Assembly (NCBI RefSeq): GCF_900111835.1
Contig: NZ_FOJP01000010.1
Span: forward strand, 205,397 to 269,396
Source of the DNA: Metapseudomonas otitidis
GTDB lineage: Bacteria > Pseudomonadota > Gammaproteobacteria > Pseudomonadales > Pseudomonadaceae
Direction of reading: 5' to 3'
DNA length: 64,000 nucleotides
In this document: positions 1-10,556 of the stretch, piece after piece
Numbering within the stretch: position 1 is the stretch's first letter
Layout of the letters: every line of letters begins with the position of its first letter
Notes under the pieces: model-generated
What the model saw: only the letters and a program-made list of their open reading frames with translations
The model's database searches: none
What the model was told of the DNA's origin: nothing
Made by a program: the position numbers and the translations under genes

Positions 1-177
1 GATGGCGCCGATCCGTTCATCGGCCAGGTGGGGCAGGTCGAGCACCTGCCCGAGTGGAAGGTGGAGATGGTGGTAGCCGACGAGCTGATCCACGATGCGG
101 TGCGGGCCCTGAAGAAGGCCCATCCCTACGAGACCCCGGCCTTCGAGGTGTGGCGGTTGTCGGACCTGGTGTTCTGA
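1..177 (+). CDS. C-terminal fragment of a conserved protein (ends ...KKAHPYETPAFEVWRLSDLVF; CutA/PII-like HPYExP motif), 5' end outside window
   Basis: Open frame from position 1 to TGA at 175-177; the HPYE(T)PA motif recalls the CutA / PII-like fold; family not firmly identified. Confidence 0.3.
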   Translation, partial: DGADPFIGQVGQVEHLPEWKVEMVVADELIHDAVRALKKAHPYETPAFEVWRLSDLVF

Positions 178-196
178 ACTGATCGGCCAGGCATGA

Positions 197-223
197 AAAA
201 GGCGCCTTCAAGGCGCCTTTTCT
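197..223. terminator. Bidirectional rho-independent terminator (aaaaggcgcc-ttcaa-ggcgcctttt)
   Basis: Perfect 10-bp inverted repeat flanked by A-run and T-run, between two convergent genes. Confidence 0.65.
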
Positions 224-236
224 ATTGGGGCTGGGC

Positions 237-740
237 TCAGGGGCGGATCTCGATCAGCGTCCCGTCCTTCACCAGGCTCCAGATCTCGCGCATGTCGGCG
301 TTCTTCATGGCGATGCAGCCTTCGGTCCAGTCGAGGGTGTGGAAGTACCACTCGGGGTACTCCTCGTCCAACGGGGTGCCGTGGATCATGATCATGCCGC
401 CCGGGGGCACGCCCTTCTCGCGGGCCAGTTTGGCGTCGCGGGCATTGGGGTAGGAGATGTGCATGGCCAGGTTGAACTTGTCGCTGGTCTTGCGCCAGTC
501 GATCCAGTAGAAGCCCTCGGGGGTGCGCTGGTCGCCCTCGCGCAGCTTCGGCCCGTTGGGCTGCTTGCCCAGGGAGATGCGGTAGCTCTTGAGGATGTCG
601 CCGCGATTCATGAGCAGCAGCTTGCGCTCGGACTTCACCACCAGCACCTTGTCGATGGGCTTGCCGCCCAGGGCGGGTGCAGCGCTGGCGTGGGAAAGGG
701 TGGTGAACAGGAAAACAAAGGCTAGGAGCATCCAGCGCAT
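237..740 (-). CDS. L,D-transpeptidase (YkuD domain) family protein with signal peptide
   Basis: N-terminal signal peptide; YkuD-like catalytic region (...HGTPLDEEYPEWYFHTLDWTEGCIAM...) with conserved His/Cys. Confidence 0.85.
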   Translation of the reverse strand: MRWMLLAFVFLFTTLSHASAAPALGGKPIDKVLVVKSERKLLLMNRGDILKSYRISLGKQPNGPKLREGDQRTPEGFYWIDWRKTSDKFNLAMHISYPNARDAKLAREKGVPPGGMIMIHGTPLDEEYPEWYFHTLDWTEGCIAMKNADMREIWSLVKDGTLIEIRP

Positions 741-774
741 CTACAGCATCCCCGGGAACACGTGTTGGCAGCGA

Positions 775-1356
775 TCAGGCTTTCTTGTCATGGGCCACCA
801 GAGGGGCCAGCGGTTCGTTGCGCACCGGGTAGACCTGCTGCACCCGGTCGGCGAAGAAGCATTCTAAGGTACGGCCCACAGTGGGAAAAGCCAGCTCGGA
901 CCAAGGGATCTCGTGCTCGTGGAACAGCCGCACCTCGAGGCTTTCCTCGCCAGCGGCGAAGTCCAGGTCGGTGAGGTCGGCGAGGAACAGGGTGTAGACC
1001 TGGCTGATGTGGGGCAGGTCGAACAGCGTATACAGGCGCAGGTTGTGGACCCGGGCGCAGGCCTCTTCGGCGGTTTCCCGGGCGGCGGCCTGTTCCATGG
1101 TCTCGCCGTTCTCCATGAAGCCGGCCGGCAGCGTCCAGTAGCCACGGCGGGGCTCGATGGCCCGGCGGCACAGCAGCACCTGCTGGCCCCAGACCGGCAG
1201 GCAGCCGGAGACGATGCGCGGGTTCTGGTAGTGCACCGTGTCGCAGGCATCGCAGACGTGACGCAGGCGGTTGTCGCCCTGGGGGATGCGTTGCACCACG
1301 GGGGTGCCGCACTGGCTGCAGAACTTCATCGGGGGCCCTCGGTTGGAGGTCGTCAT
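775..1356 (-). CDS. NUDIX hydrolase with N-terminal Cys4 zinc ribbon (NudC-like); alternative start at MKFCSQCG (about 1329)
   Basis: CSQCG...CDAC zinc ribbon followed by Nudix box GfmExGEtmeqAAaRETaEE. Confidence 0.8.
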   Translation of the reverse strand: MTTSNRGPPMKFCSQCGTPVVQRIPQGDNRLRHVCDACDTVHYQNPRIVSGCLPVWGQQVLLCRRAIEPRRGYWTLPAGFMENGETMEQAAARETAEEACARVHNLRLYTLFDLPHISQVYTLFLADLTDLDFAAGEESLEVRLFHEHEIPWSELAFPTVGRTLECFFADRVQQVYPVRNEPLAPLVAHDKKA

Positions 1357-1481
1357 CTTGGCGCGCCGGCCAGGGGCTCGGCAAGCGGGGCGGGTGGCTG
1401 GATCGAAGGGCGGAACGGGGCTTGGGGGCCCCTGGCGGTTCGTGCCATGATGCCCGGCACAACAAGAGACCGAGACCTTCC

Positions 1482-2084
1482 ATGCTGGATGAGCTTCTCC
1501 GCCGGGTGCGGAGCCATTCCCCCACCGACCTGCCCATCGAGCGCAGCTTTCCCGAAGCGGCGGTGCTGGTGCCGGTGACCCGCAGCGACGACCCCGAACT
1601 GATCCTGACCCTGCGCGCCAGTGGCTTGTCCACCCATGGCGGCGAGGTGGCCTTTCCCGGTGGACGACGTGACCCCGAGGACCACGACCTGATCCACACC
1701 GCCCTGCGCGAGGCGGAAGAGGAGATCGGCCTGCCGCCAGGCCTGGTGGAAGTGGTCGGGCCCTTGAGCACCCTGGTGTCCCGCCACGGCATCAAGGTCA
1801 CGCCCTATGTCGGGCTGGTGCCCGATTACGTCGAGTACCACGCCAACCGGGGCGAGATTGACTCGGTGTTCAGCGTGCCGCTGTCGTTCTTCCGTGATGA
1901 CCCCCGCGAGGTCACCCACCGCATCGACTACCTCGGGCAGAGCTGGTACGTGCCCAGCTATCACTACGACGGGTACAAGATCTGGGGCCTCACCGCGATC
2001 ATGGTGGTGGAGCTGGTCAACCTCATCTTCGATGCCGGCATCGAGCTGCGCGAGCCGCCGGAATCCTTCGTCAAACTCACCTGA
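1482..2084 (+). CDS. nudL: NUDIX hydrolase, CoA pyrophosphatase (NudL) type
   Basis: Nudix box [32 protein letters not shown]; the real start is the internal Met of track ORF 1422..2084. Confidence 0.7.
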   Translation: MLDELLRRVRSHSPTDLPIERSFPEAAVLVPVTRSDDPELILTLRASGLSTHGGEVAFPGGRRDPEDHDLIHTALREAEEEIGLPPGLVEVVGPLSTLVSRHGIKVTPYVGLVPDYVEYHANRGEIDSVFSVPLSFFRDDPREVTHRIDYLGQSWYVPSYHYDGYKIWGLTAIMVVELVNLIFDAGIELREPPESFVKLT

Positions 2085-2106
2085 GTCCCGCATACAGGAG
2101 CGCCTG

Positions 2107-2631
2107 ATGAAATACCGCCTGGGCAACGCCCGTGTCGAAACCCATCCAGACAGCTGGATCGCCCCCGACGCCTCGGTGATCGGCAAGGTGCGCCTGGAGG
2201 CGGGCGCCAGCGTCTGGTTCGGTGCCGTGCTGCGCGGCGACAACGAGCTGATCCACATCGGCGAGCACTGCAACGTGCAGGACGGCGCGGTGATGCACAC
2301 CGACATGGGCTACCCGCTGACCCTCGGCAAGGGCGTCACCGTCGGTCACAACGCCATGCTCCACGGCTGCACGGTCGGCGACTACAGCCTGGTCGGCATC
2401 AATGCGGTGATCCTCAACGGGGCGAAGATCGGCAAGTACTGCATCATCGGCGCCAACGCGCTGATCGCCGAGGGTAAGGAAATACCCGATGGCTCGCTGG
2501 TGATGGGCTCTCCCGGTAAAATCGTCCGCGAGCTGACCGAGCCACAGAAGAAAATGCTCGAAGCCAGTGCCGCCCACTACGTACACAACGCCCAGCGCTA
2601 CGCCCGCGAGCTGGTCGAACAGGAAGACTGA
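2107..2631 (+). CDS. gamma-carbonic anhydrase / hexapeptide-repeat family protein (YrdA/PaaY-like)
   Basis: Left-handed beta-helix hexapeptide repeats with a conserved His triad region ([15 protein letters not shown]); the start is an internal Met of ORF 1807..2631. Confidence 0.8.
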   Translation: MKYRLGNARVETHPDSWIAPDASVIGKVRLEAGASVWFGAVLRGDNELIHIGEHCNVQDGAVMHTDMGYPLTLGKGVTVGHNAMLHGCTVGDYSLVGINAVILNGAKIGKYCIIGANALIAEGKEIPDGSLVMGSPGKIVRELTEPQKKMLEASAAHYVHNAQRYARELVEQED

Positions 2632-2822
2632 TGGAAATCGAACGCCCCGTACCGTCCCCTTGCGTACACGTCTGTGCGCTGGACGATGACGATACCTGCA
2701 TCGGGTGCCAACGCAGCATTGATGAAATCAGCCGTTGGGGGCGTATGGACAACACCGAGCGCCGCGAGGTCCTGGCCCGTTGCCTGGAGCGCGCGCGCGA
2801 CAAGGGCCAGTTGATGGCCTGA
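2631..2822 (+). CDS. DUF1289-type small Cys-rich protein (putative Fe-S binding)
   Basis: [23 protein letters not shown] motif typical of DUF1289; start codon overlaps the previous stop. Confidence 0.6.
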   Translation: MEIERPVPSPCVHVCALDDDDTCIGCQRSIDEISRWGRMDNTERREVLARCLERARDKGQLMA

Positions 2823-2883
2823 CCCTTCCAGGCGCCGGTTGCGCCGGCGCCTCACCGACTCTTCATCCTTCGAGGAAACACCG

Positions 2884-4065
2884 ATGCCCCGTATTGGAAC
2901 CCCGCTGTCGCCGAGCGCGACCCGTGTACTGCTCTGCGGCTCTGGCGAGCTGGGCAAAGAAGTGGTGATCGAACTGCAACGCCTGGGCGTTGAAGTCATC
3001 GCCGTGGACCGCTACGAGAACGCACCGGCCATGCAGGTCGCCCACCGCAGCCATGTCATCAGCATGCTGGACGGCGAGGCCCTGCGCCGTGTCATCGAGC
3101 TGGAAAAGCCGCACTACATCGTGCCGGAGATCGAAGCCATCGCCACCGCCACCCTGGTTGAGCTGGAGGCCGAGGGCTACACCGTCATTCCCACTGCCCG
3201 CGCCGCGCAGCTGACCATGAACCGCGAGGGCATCCGGCGCCTGGCGGCCGAGGAACTGGGCCTGCCCACCTCGCCCTACCACTTCGCCGATACCTTCGAG
3301 GACTACCGCGCCGCCGTGGCCAGCGTCGGCTACCCCTGCGTGGTCAAGCCGATCATGAGCTCCTCCGGCAAGGGCCAGTCCGTGCTGAAGAGCGACGCCG
3401 ACCTGCAGAGCGCCTGGGACTACGCCCAGGAAGGCGGCCGGGCTGGCAAGGGCCGGGTCATCGTCGAGGGCTTCATCGACTTCGACTACGAGATCACCCT
3501 GCTCACCGTGCGCCACATCGGCGGCACCACCTTCTGCGCACCCATCGGCCACCGCCAGGTGAAGGGCGACTACCACGAGTCCTGGCAGCCCCAGGCCATG
3601 AGCCCGAAGGCGCTGGCCGAGTCCGAGCGCGTGGCCAAGGCCGTGACCGAGGCACTGGGCGGCCGTGGCCTGTTCGGCGTGGAGCTGTTCGTCAAGGGCG
3701 ACCAGGTGTGGTTCAGCGAGGTCTCGCCGCGCCCCCATGACACCGGCCTGGTGACCCTGATCTCCCAGGACCTCTCCGAGTTCGCCCTGCACGCGCGCGC
3801 CATCCTCGGCCTGCCGATCCCGGCCATCCGCCAGCAGGGGCCGTCGGCTTCCGCCGTCATCCTGGTGGAAGGCAAGTCCGGCGAAGTCAGCTTCGGCAAC
3901 CTCGCCGCCGCACTGAGCGAGCCGGACACCGCGCTGCGCCTGTTCGGCAAGCCGGAAGTCGATGGCCAGCGCCGCATGGGCGTAGCCCTGGCGCGTGACG
4001 AGTCCACCGACCTGGCCCGCACCAAGGCGACCCGTTCCGCCCAGGCGGTCGACGTCAAGCTGTGA
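2884..4065 (+). CDS. purT: formate-dependent phosphoribosylglycinamide formyltransferase (GAR transformylase 2)
   Basis: ATP-grasp protein with a full-length match to the PurT family ([12 protein letters not shown]...[16 protein letters not shown]...). Confidence 0.9.
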   Translation: MPRIGTPLSPSATRVLLCGSGELGKEVVIELQRLGVEVIAVDRYENAPAMQVAHRSHVISMLDGEALRRVIELEKPHYIVPEIEAIATATLVELEAEGYTVIPTARAAQLTMNREGIRRLAAEELGLPTSPYHFADTFEDYRAAVASVGYPCVVKPIMSSSGKGQSVLKSDADLQSAWDYAQEGGRAGKGRVIVEGFIDFDYEITLLTVRHIGGTTFCAPIGHRQVKGDYHESWQPQAMSPKALAESERVAKAVTEALGGRGLFGVELFVKGDQVWFSEVSPRPHDTGLVTLISQDLSEFALHARAILGLPIPAIRQQGPSASAVILVEGKSGEVSFGNLAAALSEPDTALRLFGKPEVDGQRRMGVALARDESTDLARTKATRSAQAVDVKL

Positions 4066-4823
4066 GCCGCTGGGCCGGGGCGCTCTGGTGGGCATCGGCG
4101 GTCACGCTGATGCCCCTCATGCTGCCCCTCGCCCTGCATACCCGGCGCACCGCCCTGCGCCTGCCGCCGGCATCAGGCCCCGAGCAGGGGGTGGCGGGCG
4201 CGGGGTTCGCCGGTGAGCCGATGCGGCTGCTGGTGATCGGCGAGTCCACCGTCGCGGGTGTCGGAGTCGACCTGCTCGAACGGGCACTTCCGGGGCAACT
4301 GGCCAATGCGCTGTCGCGCCGCCTGGAGCGCCCGGTAGCCTGGCGGGCCTGTGGGGAGAACGGCATCACCGCCGTGGAGGCCTGCGAGCGCCTGTTGCCG
4401 CAGGTGGCCGACGAGGCGCCCGACCTGGTGGTGATGGCCTTCGGCGTCAACGACACCACCCATTTCACTTCGCGATCCCGTTGGCGCCAGGCGCTGGAAG
4501 GGCTGGGCAGGCCCTTCCTCCAGCGTGGCGCCTGCGTGGCCTTTTCCGCCGTGCCGCCGCTCGGTCACTTCCGGGCCTTGCCCTGGCCGCTGCGCCTGCT
4601 GCTGGGCTGGCGTGCGCGCTTGATGGACCGGGTGCTGGCGGAGACGACCAGCCCCATGGGCGCCCTTCATTGCACCGCCACCCTGGCGATGCGCCCCGAC
4701 TACCTGGCGATCGATGGCTACCATCCGTCCGAGCTGGGCTGCGAGGTCTGGGCCGGCCTGCTGGCCGACCGCTTGTGGCTCGAGATGGTGCCGCAACCGC
4801 CCTTGGCTGCGGCAGCCGGTTAA
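4062..4823 (+). CDS. SGNH/GDSL-type hydrolase family protein
   Basis: [10 protein letters not shown] block, later GVND and DGYHP blocks of the SGNH fold; 4-bp overlap with purT. Confidence 0.6.
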   Translation: MSRWAGALWWASAVTLMPLMLPLALHTRRTALRLPPASGPEQGVAGAGFAGEPMRLLVIGESTVAGVGVDLLERALPGQLANALSRRLERPVAWRACGENGITAVEACERLLPQVADEAPDLVVMAFGVNDTTHFTSRSRWRQALEGLGRPFLQRGACVAFSAVPPLGHFRALPWPLRLLLGWRARLMDRVLAETTSPMGALHCTATLAMRPDYLAIDGYHPSELGCEVWAGLLADRLWLEMVPQPPLAAAAG

Positions 4824-6136
4824 CGCGGGCCGGACAGGTCCCGGTCGCGAGTTTCCTTCAGGCACAGCACGGCCAGCAGGCTGAGCAGCGCCGCTGCCGA
4901 TACATAGCCCCCCACCCATGACAGGCCGCCGAGGCTGACCAGCTTCTGGGCGAAGAACGGCGCCACCGAAGCGCCCACGATGCCCCCCAGGTTGTAGGCC
5001 GCCGAGGCGCCTGTGTAGCGCACCGGGGTGGGAAACAGCTCGGGCAGCAGCGCGCCCATGGGGGCGAAGGTCATCCCCATCAGGAACAGCTCCAGGCTGA
5101 GGAACAGGGTCACCGAAAGGGTGGACCCTTGGGTCAGCAGCGGCTCCATGGTGAAACCGGAGAGGATCGCCAGCACACAGCCGCCGATCAGCACCGGCTT
5201 GCGCCCGAAGCGGTCGCTGAGCCAGGCCGAGAGCGGGGTGGCCGCCGCCATGAACAGCACCGCGAAGCACAGCATGCCGAGGAAGCTCTCGCGGCTGTAG
5301 CCGAGGCTCGCCACGCCGTGGCTGAGGGAAAACACCGTGGAGATGTAGAACAGCGCGTAGCACACCACCATCGCCAGAGCGCCCAGCAGGATCGGGCGCC
5401 AGTGGCTGGCAAAGGCTTCCACCACCGGCAGCTTCACCTGGCGATGCTGGGCCAGGGCCTGGGCGAAGACCGGGGTTTCCTCCAGCTTCAGGCGCACATA
5501 GAGACCGACCATCACCAGCACGGCACTGAGCAGGAAGGGAATGCGCCAGCCCCAGGCCCGGAACTGCTCGTCACTGAGCAGCAGCGCCAGGGAGAGGAAC
5601 AGGCCGTTGGCGGCGAGGAAACCGATGGAGGGGCCGAGTTGCGGGAACATGCCGAACCAGGCGCGCTTGCCCGGTGGCGCGTTCTCGGTGGCCAGCAGCG
5701 CCGCACCGCCCCATTCGCCCCCCAGCCCCAGGCCCTGGCCGAAGCGCAGCAGGCACAGCAGGATCGGTGCCCAGGCGCCGATGCTGTCGTAGCCGGGCAG
5801 CACACCGATCAGGGTGGTGGAAACCCCCATCAGCAGCAGGGAGGCCACCAGGGTCGACTTGCGTCCGATACGGTCGCCGAAGTGCCCGAACAGGGCCGAG
5901 CCCAGCGGCCGCGCGAGGAAGGCGATGCCGAAGGTGAGGAAGGCCGAGAGCATCTGCGCGGTGCCGGATGTCTGCGGGAAGAACACCGTGCCGATCACCA
6001 GGGCGGCGGCGGTGGCGTAGATATAGAAGTCGTAGAACTCGATGGCCGTGCCGATGAAGCTGGCCGTGGCGACGCGGGCGGGCGAGTTCGCGGGAGGCGT
6101 GGTGGCCGGAGTCTCGGTGCAGGCAGTGGAAGTCAT
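4820..6136 (-). CDS. MFS transporter, metabolite:H+ symporter (MHS) family
   Basis: 12-TM profile, GWRIPFL motif, FGHFGDRIGRK loop typical of the ProP/KgtP-like MHS family. Confidence 0.8.
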   Translation of the reverse strand: MTSTACTETPATTPPANSPARVATASFIGTAIEFYDFYIYATAAALVIGTVFFPQTSGTAQMLSAFLTFGIAFLARPLGSALFGHFGDRIGRKSTLVASLLLMGVSTTLIGVLPGYDSIGAWAPILLCLLRFGQGLGLGGEWGGAALLATENAPPGKRAWFGMFPQLGPSIGFLAANGLFLSLALLLSDEQFRAWGWRIPFLLSAVLVMVGLYVRLKLEETPVFAQALAQHRQVKLPVVEAFASHWRPILLGALAMVVCYALFYISTVFSLSHGVASLGYSRESFLGMLCFAVLFMAAATPLSAWLSDRFGRKPVLIGGCVLAILSGFTMEPLLTQGSTLSVTLFLSLELFLMGMTFAPMGALLPELFPTPVRYTGASAAYNLGGIVGASVAPFFAQKLVSLGGLSWVGGYVSAAALLSLLAVLCLKETRDRDLSGPR

Positions 6137-6389
6137 GCGGTTGTCCCCTGGCGGGCGTCGGCACGGGCGACACCCCTGGTATTGGCGTGTGGACTGAGGG
6201 GCTGGGGCGAGGTCGGCGGATAGCCGGCTTCAGGGCCTTGCGACTGCTCCGTTGCGGCGGGTGGCGACAGGGCAGGGTGGTCTCAGGTGGCCGGGTCTGG
6301 CCGTGGCGGGGGCGGGTAGCCGGTGCGCGAGAGGGGCTGGATGAGCCGAGGGCGATTATAGGAAGGCCGGGAAAAAGCCGGCAAGGCGG

Positions 6390-7205
6390 TCAGGTTCGCC
6401 AGGCGCGCACACGCTGGATCCGGTTCTCGCCGGATTCGAGGATTTCCAGGCGGTAGCGGCCGATCTTCAGGCAGGCGCTGGCATCGGGCAGTTGTTCCAG
6501 GGCTTCGGTGATCAGACCATTGAGGGTCTTGGGGCCGTCGCACGGCAGGTGCCAGCCGAGCAGGCGGTTGAGCTCGCGCAGGTGCAGGCTGCCATCGAGT
6601 TCGTAGCTGCCGTCCTCGGCCGGGGTGATGGTGCGGGTGGGGGCGAAGTCCTCCAGGCTGCCGAACTCGCCGATCAGCTCCTGGAAGATGTCCTCCAGGC
6701 TCACCAGCCCGATCACGTCGCCGTATTCGTCGACCACGATGGCGACGCGGCGCTGTTCCTTCTGGAAGTTCACCAGCTGGGTCAGCAAGGGCGTGCTCTC
6801 GGGGATGAAGTAGGTTTCGCGGCACACGCCGAGCAACTCGTCGGCGGTGATCCCCGTCTTGGGCAGCAGCCGCGCCACCTGGCGCATGTGCAGCATGCCT
6901 TCCACCTGGTTGATGTCCTCGCGGTACACCGGCAGGCGGGTGTGGGTGGTGGCCCGCAGTTGTTCCAGGATGCGCTCCGGCGACTGAGCGATGTCGATGC
7001 CCTGGATCTCGCTGCGCGGAACCATGATCTCGCTGATGGTGACCCGCTGCAGGGCGCGGGTCAGCTCGTGGGGCAGGCGTTGCTGGGGGCTCTCGTCTTC
7101 CTGGATGCGCTCGGGAGCCGGCTTGCGGCGCGCCAGCACCCAGGCGCCTGCCGAGGCGATCAGCAGGCCGAGGATCAGGCCAAGGAGGAGGCCGGGGGCG
7201 GGCAT
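6390..7205 (-). CDS. CBS-pair plus CorC/HlyC transporter-associated domain protein with N-terminal membrane anchor
   Basis: Hydrophobic N-terminus, two CBS motifs, C-terminal CorC_HlyC-like region. Confidence 0.75.
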   Translation of the reverse strand: MPAPGLLLGLILGLLIASAGAWVLARRKPAPERIQEDESPQQRLPHELTRALQRVTISEIMVPRSEIQGIDIAQSPERILEQLRATTHTRLPVYREDINQVEGMLHMRQVARLLPKTGITADELLGVCRETYFIPESTPLLTQLVNFQKEQRRVAIVVDEYGDVIGLVSLEDIFQELIGEFGSLEDFAPTRTITPAEDGSYELDGSLHLRELNRLLGWHLPCDGPKTLNGLITEALEQLPDASACLKIGRYRLEILESGENRIQRVRAWRT

Positions 7206-7206
7206 C

Positions 7207-8007
7207 TCAGATGTGCAGGATGAATTCGCGGACCAGCTTGCTGCCGAAGTAGGCCAGCATCAGCAGGCAGAAGCCCGCCAGGGTCCAGCGGATCGCCTTG
7301 TGGCCACGCCAACCCAGCTGGTGGCGGCCCCAGAGCAGCACGGCGAACACCACCCAGGCGAAGCAGGAAAGGATGGTCTTGTGCGCCAGGTGCTGGGCGA
7401 AGAGGTTCTCGACGAACAGCCAGCCCGAGATCAGCGACAGCGACAGCAGGCCCCAGCCGGCCCAGAGGAAGCCGAACAGCAGGCTTTCCATGGTTTGCAG
7501 GGCGGGGAAGTTGCGGATCAGTCCGGACGGGTGCTTGTGCTTGAGCTGGTGGTCTTGGAGCAGCAGCAGCAGCGACTGGAACACGGCGATGGTCAACATG
7601 CCGTAGGCCAGGATCGACAGCAGGATGTGGGCGAGGATGCCCGGCTCCTCGTCGATCGGCTGCACCGTGCCGGAGGGCACGAAGATCGCCAGCAGCACCG
7701 TGAGCGCGCCGAGCGGATACAACAGCAGGAGCAGATTCTCCACCGGCATGCGGCTGCAGGCCAGGAGTGTGAGGCCGATCACGGCGGCGGCGATGAGGCT
7801 CGCGGCGTTGAAGAAGTCGAGGGTCAGGCCGGCCGGGGCGATGAGCTGGAAGAACAGCGCGGTGGCGTGGCTGATCAGGGCCAGCAGGCCGAGCACGGCG
7901 AGCATGCGCTTGTCCGGCGTCTTGCGCTCGCGCAGGCGAAGGCCCTGGTGGATGGCGCCGCCTACATAGAGGAAGGCAGCCAGGAGGCTGGGCAGCAGAG
8001 GGTGCAT
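7207..8007 (-). CDS. cytochrome c assembly family inner-membrane protein (CcsA/YpjD-like)
   Basis: Polytopic membrane protein with a W-rich segment (FGFLWAGWGLLSLSL); conserved position next to ffh; start taken at the second Met. Confidence 0.7.
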   Translation of the reverse strand: MHPLLPSLLAAFLYVGGAIHQGLRLRERKTPDKRMLAVLGLLALISHATALFFQLIAPAGLTLDFFNAASLIAAAVIGLTLLACSRMPVENLLLLLYPLGALTVLLAIFVPSGTVQPIDEEPGILAHILLSILAYGMLTIAVFQSLLLLLQDHQLKHKHPSGLIRNFPALQTMESLLFGFLWAGWGLLSLSLISGWLFVENLFAQHLAHKTILSCFAWVVFAVLLWGRHQLGWRGHKAIRWTLAGFCLLMLAYFGSKLVREFILHI

Positions 8008-8163
8008 AAGTCCTTGTAAGGCAAGCCCGAAAGGCGCTGAGTGTGGCACAGAACGGCGTGCTCACGAAAGACCGCTGGCGGTGTCGGCGCCGCCCGCTCT
8101 TCGCTATACTCCGCCGCCTGCCGCAAGCTCACCCGGGGCCTCCAGGGCCTGAAAGGATCGCGC

Positions 8164-9537
8164 ATGTTCGAAAATCTCACAGACCGCCTCTCGCAGACGC
8201 TGCGCCACGTCACCGGCAAGGCCAAGCTGACCGAGGACAACATCAAGGACACCCTGCGCGAAGTGCGCATGGCGCTGCTCGAAGCCGACGTGGCGCTGCC
8301 CGTCGTCAAGGACTTCGTCAACAAGGTCAAGGAACGCGCGGTCGGGACCGAGGTCTCCAAGAGCCTGACCCCGGGCCAGGCCTTCGTGAAGATCGTCCAG
8401 GCCGAACTGGTCGACCTGATGGGCGCCGCCAACGAAGACCTGGCGCTGAATGCCGCACCGCCGGCGGTCATCCTCATGGCCGGCCTGCAGGGCGCGGGCA
8501 AGACCACCACCGTCGGCAAGCTCGCGCGCTTCCTCAAGGAGCGCAAGAAGAAGTCGGTCCTGGTGGTGTCCGCCGACGTCTACCGCCCGGCGGCGATCAA
8601 GCAGCTGGAAACCCTGGCCAATGACCTGGAGGTGACCTTCTTCCCCTCCGACACCAGCCAGAAGCCGGTGGACATCGCCCAGGCAGCGATCCGCGAAGCC
8701 AAGCTGAAGTTCATCGACGTGGTCATCGTCGACACCGCCGGTCGCCTGCACGTCGACGGCGAGATGATGGAGGAGATCAAGCAGGTCCACGCGGCGATCA
8801 AGCCGGTGGAGACCCTGTTTGTGGTCGACGCCATGACCGGCCAGGACGCGGCCAACACCGCCAAGGCCTTCAACGATGCGCTGCCGCTGACCGGCGTGGT
8901 GCTGACCAAGGTCGACGGTGACGCCCGTGGCGGTGCTGCTCTTTCGGTCCGGGCCATCACCGGCAAGCCGATCAAGTTCCTCGGCATGGGCGAGAAGAGC
9001 GAAGCGCTCGATCCGTTCCACCCCGATCGCGTGGCGTCGCGCATCCTCGGCATGGGCGACGTGCTCAGCCTGATCGAACAGGCCGAGCAGGGCCTCGACC
9101 GCGAGAAGGCCGAGAAGCTCGCCAAGAAGATCAAGAAGGGCAAGGGCTTCGACCTCGAAGACTTCCGTGACCAACTGCAACAGATGAAGAACATGGGCGG
9201 CCTCGGCAGCCTCATGGACAAGCTGCCCATGCTTGGTGGCGTCAACCTCTCCCAGGTGGGGGGGGCGCAGAATGCCGCCGAGAAGCAGTTCAAGCAGATG
9301 GAAGCCATCATCAACTCCATGACGCCCGCCGAGCGCCGTGATCCCGAGATGATCAGCGGCTCGCGCAAGCGCCGCATCGCCCTCGGCTCCGGTACCCAGG
9401 TGCAGGACGTCGGCCGACTCATCAAGCAGCACAAGCAGATGCAGAAGATGATGAAGAAGGTCACCGCCAAGGGCGGCCTGTCGCGCATGATGCGTGGCAT
9501 GGGCGGCATGTTCCCCGGCGGCATGCCGAAGATGTAA
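8164..9537 (+). CDS. ffh: signal recognition particle protein Ffh
   Basis: MFENLTDRLS N-terminus, GLQGAGKTT P-loop, M-domain with Met-rich tail; the start is internal to track ORF 8041..9537. Confidence 0.95.
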   Translation: MFENLTDRLSQTLRHVTGKAKLTEDNIKDTLREVRMALLEADVALPVVKDFVNKVKERAVGTEVSKSLTPGQAFVKIVQAELVDLMGAANEDLALNAAPPAVILMAGLQGAGKTTTVGKLARFLKERKKKSVLVVSADVYRPAAIKQLETLANDLEVTFFPSDTSQKPVDIAQAAIREAKLKFIDVVIVDTAGRLHVDGEMMEEIKQVHAAIKPVETLFVVDAMTGQDAANTAKAFNDALPLTGVVLTKVDGDARGGAALSVRAITGKPIKFLGMGEKSEALDPFHPDRVASRILGMGDVLSLIEQAEQGLDREKAEKLAKKIKKGKGFDLEDFRDQLQQMKNMGGLGSLMDKLPMLGGVNLSQVGGAQNAAEKQFKQMEAIINSMTPAERRDPEMISGSRKRRIALGSGTQVQDVGRLIKQHKQMQKMMKKVTAKGGLSRMMRGMGGMFPGGMPKM

Positions 9538-9570
9538 GACCGCGCCAGCGGTCCTCTCCGTCAGCCGTGG

Positions 9571-9620
9571 TGAGGCGCTAGCGCCTCCAAGCCCCGCCCG
9601 GGGCGCGGCTTTCGGGGCCA
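9571..9620 (+). terminator. GC-rich palindromes after ffh (gaggcgctagcgcctc; gccccgcccggggc), weak terminator candidate
   Basis: Perfect 16-bp palindrome 34 bp after the ffh stop; no clear T-run. Confidence 0.3.
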
Positions 9621-9646
9621 CCGACAGGTGGCGCGTACAAACAGAT

Positions 9647-9674
9647 TTGCATTCGGCCGGATAATCCTTAGAAT
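9647..9674 (+). promoter_or_regulatory. sigma70-like promoter of the rpsP-rimM-trmD-rplS operon (TTGCAT-16-TAGAAT)
   Basis: Near-consensus -35/-10 hexamers about 75 bp upstream of rpsP. Confidence 0.45.
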
Positions 9675-9748
9675 ATGCGGCCTTTCGGGCCCATGGCCCA
9701 TGTGTGCACACACGCTTGAAAAGCACCGACCTACAGGAACGAAGTTCA

Positions 9749-10000
9749 ATGGTAACCATCCGTCTTGCCCGTGGCGGCTCCAAGAAGCGCCCCTTCTACC
9801 ACCTGACCGTGACCAACAGCCGCAACGCGCGCGATGGCCGCTTTGTTGAGCGCATCGGTTTCTTCAACCCGGTTGCCCAGGGTTCCGAAGTCAAGCTGTC
9901 CGTCAACCAGGAGCGCGTCAGCTACTGGCTGAGCCAAGGCGCCCAGCCGTCTGAGCGCGTTGCTCAGCTGCTGAAGGAAGCTGCCAAGGCTGCTGCCTAA
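9749..10000 (+). CDS. rpsP: 30S ribosomal protein S16
   Basis: [41 protein letters not shown]. Confidence 0.95.
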   Translation: MVTIRLARGGSKKRPFYHLTVTNSRNARDGRFVERIGFFNPVAQGSEVKLSVNQERVSYWLSQGAQPSERVAQLLKEAAKAAA

Positions 10001-10009
10001 GCAACTCCC

Positions 10010-10546
10010 ATGAGCGCGACGCCGGCCGCCGCCGATGAACTGGTCGTTCTCGGCAAGATTTTCTCGGTGCACGGCGTACGTGGCGAGGTGAAGGTGTATT
10101 CCTTCACGGACCCACTGGATAACGTGCTCGATTACCCCCGCTGGACGCTCACGCGTGACGGCGAGGTCAAGCAAGTCGAAGTTGCCAGCGGACGTGTCCA
10201 AGGCAAGTTCCTGGTAGTGAAGCTGAAAGGGCTGGACGACCGCGATGTCGCCAGGACCTACGCGGGTTTTGAAATCCGTGTTCCCGAAAGCGAGCTGCCT
10301 GAACTTGAGGAAGACGAGTTCTACTGGCACCAGTTGGAAGGTCTCTCCGTGATCAACCAGGACGGGCAGCTGCTCGGCAAGGTCGATCATCTGCTGGAGA
10401 CCGGCGCCAACGATGTGATGGTGGTCAAGCCCTGCACCGGCAGCCTGGATGACCGCGAACGCCTGTTGCCCTACACGGAGCAATGCGTGCAAGCGATCGA
10501 TCTGGATGCGGGTGAAATGAGGGTGGACTGGGACGCCGACTTCTGA
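10010..10546 (+). CDS. rimM: ribosome maturation factor RimM
   Basis: RimM N-terminal ([15 protein letters not shown]) and PRC-barrel C-terminal regions; conserved operon position. Confidence 0.9.
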   Translation: MSATPAAADELVVLGKIFSVHGVRGEVKVYSFTDPLDNVLDYPRWTLTRDGEVKQVEVASGRVQGKFLVVKLKGLDDRDVARTYAGFEIRVPESELPELEEDEFYWHQLEGLSVINQDGQLLGKVDHLLETGANDVMVVKPCTGSLDDRERLLPYTEQCVQAIDLDAGEMRVDWDADF

Positions 10547-10556
10547 GCCGCATGAC

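Noticed and set aside
1-177. Assigning the 5'-truncated first ORF to Nif3 or CutA specifically
   Set aside because: Only 58 residues are visible. The HPYExPA motif occurs in more than one family, so the call is kept generic.
2863-4095. 410-aa minus-strand ORF; also 5129..6223 +, 40213..42462 +, 47723..50224 -, 55623..57947 - and 57963..61103 -
   Set aside because: All are antisense shadows of confidently assigned genes (purT, MFS transporter, TPR protein, NCS1 permease, bphP, hybrid kinase). Their composition is dominated by Ala/Arg/Gly/Pro.
6140-6390. G-rich tracts (ggggctggggcgagg..., ggcgggggcggg) upstream of the MFS transporter as G-quadruplex elements
   Set aside because: Runs are irregular, with fewer than four clean G3+ tracts in a canonical spacing. 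They are more likely just GC-rich promoter/UTR sequence.
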